From Nitrospirota bacterium (GTDB lineage: Bacteria > Nitrospirota > UBA9217): a stretch of 64,000 nucleotides of DNA. Position 1 is the first letter of the stretch. Every line of letters starts with the position of its first letter. Positions 60,899 through 64,000 of the stretch are shown in pieces. The stretch is taken from assembly GCA_963840455.1 (NCBI GenBank), contig CAWIYV010000014.1, forward strand, positions 256,001 through 320,000, given 5' to 3'. The notes beneath the pieces were generated by a model that ran no database searches, was not told the origin of the DNA, and saw only the letters and a list, made by a program, of their open reading frames with translations. A program made the position numbers and the translations under genes.

Positions 60899-61963
60899 CT
60901 ATTGCTTGGCGCGCAGATATTGGACCGGCCAGGGAATATCGACCTTCAGGGCCTTCGCCGCTTCCAGGGGCCAGTAAGGATTGCGAAGCATCGCTCGCGC
61001 GAGAAAGACCACGTCAGCAAGACCGGTAGCCACAATCTGCTCAGCCTGTGCCGGGTCGGTGATGAATCCGACCGTGCCCGTTGCGATCCCCGCTTCCTTG
61101 CGAATAGCTGCGGCAAAAGGTGTCTGGAATCCGGGACCGGCAGGGATGACCGCATCCGGCACCAGTCCCCCTGATGAGCAGTCGATGAGGTCGATGCCCT
61201 GTTCCTTCAGCCGCCGGCAGAGCTCTACGGACTGCTCCAGGTCCCAGCCTCCTTCCGCCCAGTCCGTGGCCGATATGCGCACGAAGACCGGAAGGTCCTG
61301 AGGCCAGATGTCCCGAACTGCGCGGGTGATGCTCAGGGGAAAACGCATGCGGTTCTCAAGACCACCGCCATACTCATCCTTCCGAAGATTCGAGAGTGGC
61401 GAGAGGAACTCATGCAGCAGGTATCCATGCGCGAGATGGACCTCGATGACCTGGAATCCTGCGGCCCGTGCACGCCGGGCTGCAGCTTCGAACTGACTCC
61501 GGACGGCTTCCAGGTCTGCTGCTGTTGCTTCACGAGGCACAGGGTGGCCATGGGCAAAAGGCAGCGGGCTCGGCGCGATCGGCTGCCAGCCCCGCTGGTC
61601 CGGTCCCAGCGGTCCGCCGCCCTGCCAGGGCCGGTCCGTGGAGGCCTTGCGCCCGGCATGGGCGAGCTGGATGCCTGCTGCCGCGCCCTGCTCGCGGATG
61701 AAACGCGCGATCGGTGCGAACGCTTCGGCATGGGCGTCACTCCAGATGCCGCTGTCGTCGGGGCTGATCCGGCCCTCAGGGCTAACGGCCGTTGCTTCGA
61801 CCATCACCAGGCCCGCGCCTCCCACAGCACGGGATCCCAGGTGGACCAGATGCCAGTCACTGGGATAACCGTCGAGACTCGAATATTGACACATAGGGGA
61901 TACGAAGATACGGTTGCGAAACGTCAACGTGCGAAGCTGCAAAAGGGAAAACAAACGGCTCAT
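60899..61963 (-). CDS. NADH:flavin oxidoreductase (YqjM/NamA-type old yellow enzyme)
   Basis: SPMCQYS, QLAHAGRKAS, HLAHGYLLHEFLSPLSN.R.DEYGG. Confidence 0.95.
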   Translation of the reverse strand: MSRLFSLLQLRTLTFRNRIFVSPMCQYSSLDGYPSDWHLVHLGSRAVGGAGLVMVEATAVSPEGRISPDDSGIWSDAHAEAFAPIARFIREQGAAAGIQLAHAGRKASTDRPWQGGGPLGPDQRGWQPIAPSPLPFAHGHPVPREATAADLEAVRSQFEAAARRARAAGFQVIEVHLAHGYLLHEFLSPLSNLRKDEYGGGLENRMRFPLSITRAVRDIWPQDLPVFVRISATDWAEGGWDLEQSVELCRRLKEQGIDLIDCSSGGLVPDAVIPAGPGFQTPFAAAIRKEAGIATGTVGFITDPAQAEQIVATGLADVVFLARAMLRNPYWPLEAAKALKVDIPWPVQYLRAKQ

Positions 61964-62212
61964 AAACAGTTTCTCCAAGATGGGGTGTCAAATACAGAAT
62001 GAAACATTACGTGTTGCACCGAATAGAACCTATATAGCACAATTAAACGTAGGAGGAAGTAGCTATTTTCCAAAAACTATATCATAAAACGCACGCTACA
62101 AGATATTTGTGGGATTACCTAATTAGGCAATCTACCTTGGAAGGTTTCGCCGGATGGGGTGGAAGGTTTCCGTCGGATCAGTTTGTAGGATTTACGGGAT
62201 TGAGCACGAAAC

Positions 62213-62261
62213 TACCTTGAGGATCGAAGATTCCCCGTAGCTTGCTGCGGGAAGCTTCGAT
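62213..62261 (+). repeat. Right-half copy of the double-hairpin element
   Basis: taccttgaggatcgaagattccccgtagcttgctgcgggaagcttcg. Confidence 0.8.
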
Positions 62262-62361
62262 CAAATGAAAAGGAAGCCTTCACAGCCGGTCCTTTACGGT
62301 TCGATCCTGTCTATCTCATGCTTTTTTGTCCCCAAGCCCAGTCGCTCGGCCTCCCCTGATC

Positions 62362-63840
62362 TCAGGGCAGCCCTTTTTCGATCCGGTAGCGCCTGACGGT
62401 AACCTTGCGAACACGGTCCGCTTCGAGACCTTTCAGTTCCCCGACGCGATGGATCTTCATCATGTTCGTACTTCCGGCGACGCCGATGGGGACCCCCGCG
62501 GTGATCACGATCAGGTCGCGTTTTCGCGCCAGGTCCTTCTCGAGCATGATCGCCTCCACGCTCCTGATCATGTCATCGGTGGTCTTCTTTGTCTTCAGGA
62601 TGACCGGGATCACGCCCCAGTAGAGCGAGACCTTTCGCGCCACCCGCTCGAAGGGCGTAGGGGCGATGATGTCGGCGGCAGGCCGGTGCTTCGATACGAG
62701 GAGCGCGGTGCTGCCGGACTGGGTGAAGGTGACGATAGCGCGCACGTGCTGCTCGGCCGCGGCTCGGCAGGCCGCGTGGGCAACGCTCTCGTCAAGACCG
62801 CCGATGTGCTTGTCCGGCGGAATGGGGTCGAGGGAGGTCTCCGCCTGCACTGCGATGCGCGCCATGACCGATATGGCCTGGACAGGATGCTTCCCGACCG
62901 CCGTCTCGCCGGAGAGCATGACGCAGTCTGTCCCGTCCAGGATGGCGTTTGCCACGTCCGACGCCTCGGCCCGCGTGGGCTGGGGGTTCTCGATCATGCT
63001 TTCCAGCATCTGGGTGGCGGTGATGACCGGCTTTTCGGCGTCGTTGCAGGCGCGGATGATCAGTTTCTGGAGCAGCGGCACCTGCTCGGGCGACATCTCC
63101 ACGCCGAGGTCCCCCCGCGCGACCATGATGCCGTCGGCCGCCTGGATGATCTCATTGAGATTTCGAATGGCCTCGGGTTTCTCGATCTTTGCGATGATCG
63201 GGATATCCGCGCCGGCCTTCCGGATGAATGACCTCGTTGCCTCGATATCCGATGCGGAGCGGACAAAGGACAGTGCGATATAATCCACGCCCCGCCCGAT
63301 GCCGAACAGGATGTCCTGCCGGTCCTTCGGGGAGAGAGAAGGGAGGATTAGGTTCGCTCCCGGCAGGTTCACCCCTTTGTGGCTTTTCAGCGTGCCGCCG
63401 CGGATGACCTTGCACTGAAGTCCGCTGCCGCTCCTCCGAATGACCCTGAGCTCGAGCCTTCCATCGTCGAACAGCACGGTATCGCCTGGTCTCAGGTCCT
63501 TCGCAAGGCGGGGATAGGTAATGGAGATCAAGCTGCTCGTGCCAACGACCTTTTTTGCCGTGAGCGTCATGATAGCTCCCCGTTTCAGCGCCACGCCGTC
63601 ATTCTGCATGTTCCCGACCCGGAGCTTCGGTCCCTGGAGGTCCTGGATGATGGCGATGGGCTTGCCCGCCGATATCGACGCCTGCCGGATGAGCCGGATG
63701 CGGGTGATGTGGTCCTTCCGCTCGCCGTGGGAGAAATTTAGCCGCGCTGCATCCATGCCCGCATGGATGAGCTTCGCGATAACAGCTGGAGAACTGGACG
63801 CCGGGCCGATGGTGGCGATGATCTTGGTGCGTTTGGGCAT
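62362..63840 (-). CDS. pyk: Pyruvate kinase
   Basis: RTKIIATIGPAS, RLNFSHG, IIAKIEK, MVARGDLGVE, MLSGETA. Confidence 0.97.
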   Translation of the reverse strand: MPKRTKIIATIGPASSSPAVIAKLIHAGMDAARLNFSHGERKDHITRIRLIRQASISAGKPIAIIQDLQGPKLRVGNMQNDGVALKRGAIMTLTAKKVVGTSSLISITYPRLAKDLRPGDTVLFDDGRLELRVIRRSGSGLQCKVIRGGTLKSHKGVNLPGANLILPSLSPKDRQDILFGIGRGVDYIALSFVRSASDIEATRSFIRKAGADIPIIAKIEKPEAIRNLNEIIQAADGIMVARGDLGVEMSPEQVPLLQKLIIRACNDAEKPVITATQMLESMIENPQPTRAEASDVANAILDGTDCVMLSGETAVGKHPVQAISVMARIAVQAETSLDPIPPDKHIGGLDESVAHAACRAAAEQHVRAIVTFTQSGSTALLVSKHRPAADIIAPTPFERVARKVSLYWGVIPVILKTKKTTDDMIRSVEAIMLEKDLARKRDLIVITAGVPIGVAGSTNMMKIHRVGELKGLEADRVRKVTVRRYRIEKGLP

Positions 63841-63856
63841 GGTGTACCTCTTAGAT

Positions 63857-63981
63857 TCAGTAAACAGTATACGGTAGACAGTAAACGGGGGAAGCAAAGG
63901 AAGCCTTAGTCAGCACGCGGGAAACAAGTTTCCGCATTTGTTCCTCTCCCTGTCTACCGTTTACCGACTGCTGTTTACTGA
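63857..63981. repeat. Empty hairpin with inverted heptamer arms in the pyk leader
   Basis: cagtaaa cagtata cggtaga cagtaaa ... ctgtcta ccgttta ccgactg ctgtttactg. Confidence 0.85.
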
Positions 63982-64000
63982 TTTATGGTTCTATGGTGAT

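Overview
Bacterial window, GC-rich in most coding regions; the gene content suggests an anaerobic Nitrospirota/Desulfobacterota-like organism (inference only). 1-14 kb is a minus-strand extracellular electron transfer locus: a porin, a pentaheme lipoprotein and two very large repetitive lipoprotein cytochromes in which canonical CxxCH motifs alternate with non-canonical CX4CH or CX5CH motifs. One of these cytochromes (1..1784) is missing from the ORF track because it runs off the window. The two large cytochromes bracket a ResB/CcsA heme-lyase pair, two B12-dependent radical SAM enzymes, a LuxE-like ligase and a small membrane protein, which together are a candidate dedicated cytochrome maturation/modification system. 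The rest of the window holds accessory redox/sulfur genes, a lone ParE/GyrB, a complete trpEGDCFBA operon, a cAMP module (receptor, cyclase, phosphodiesterase), accD, a DUF362/ferredoxin pair, a cyclic beta-1,2-glucan synthase, ald, GGDEF, LysM, an NtrY-like kinase, ogg, a four-helix-bundle gene, an old yellow enzyme and pyk. Two repeat systems run through the intergenic DNA. The first is a ~117-bp double-hairpin element (TGAAT...TTCAA) present in 9 full or partial copies. The second is a set of inverted 7-9-mer tandem-repeat arms, one enclosing the four-helix-bundle gene and others empty. No rRNA, tRNA, CRISPR array or transposase was recognised.
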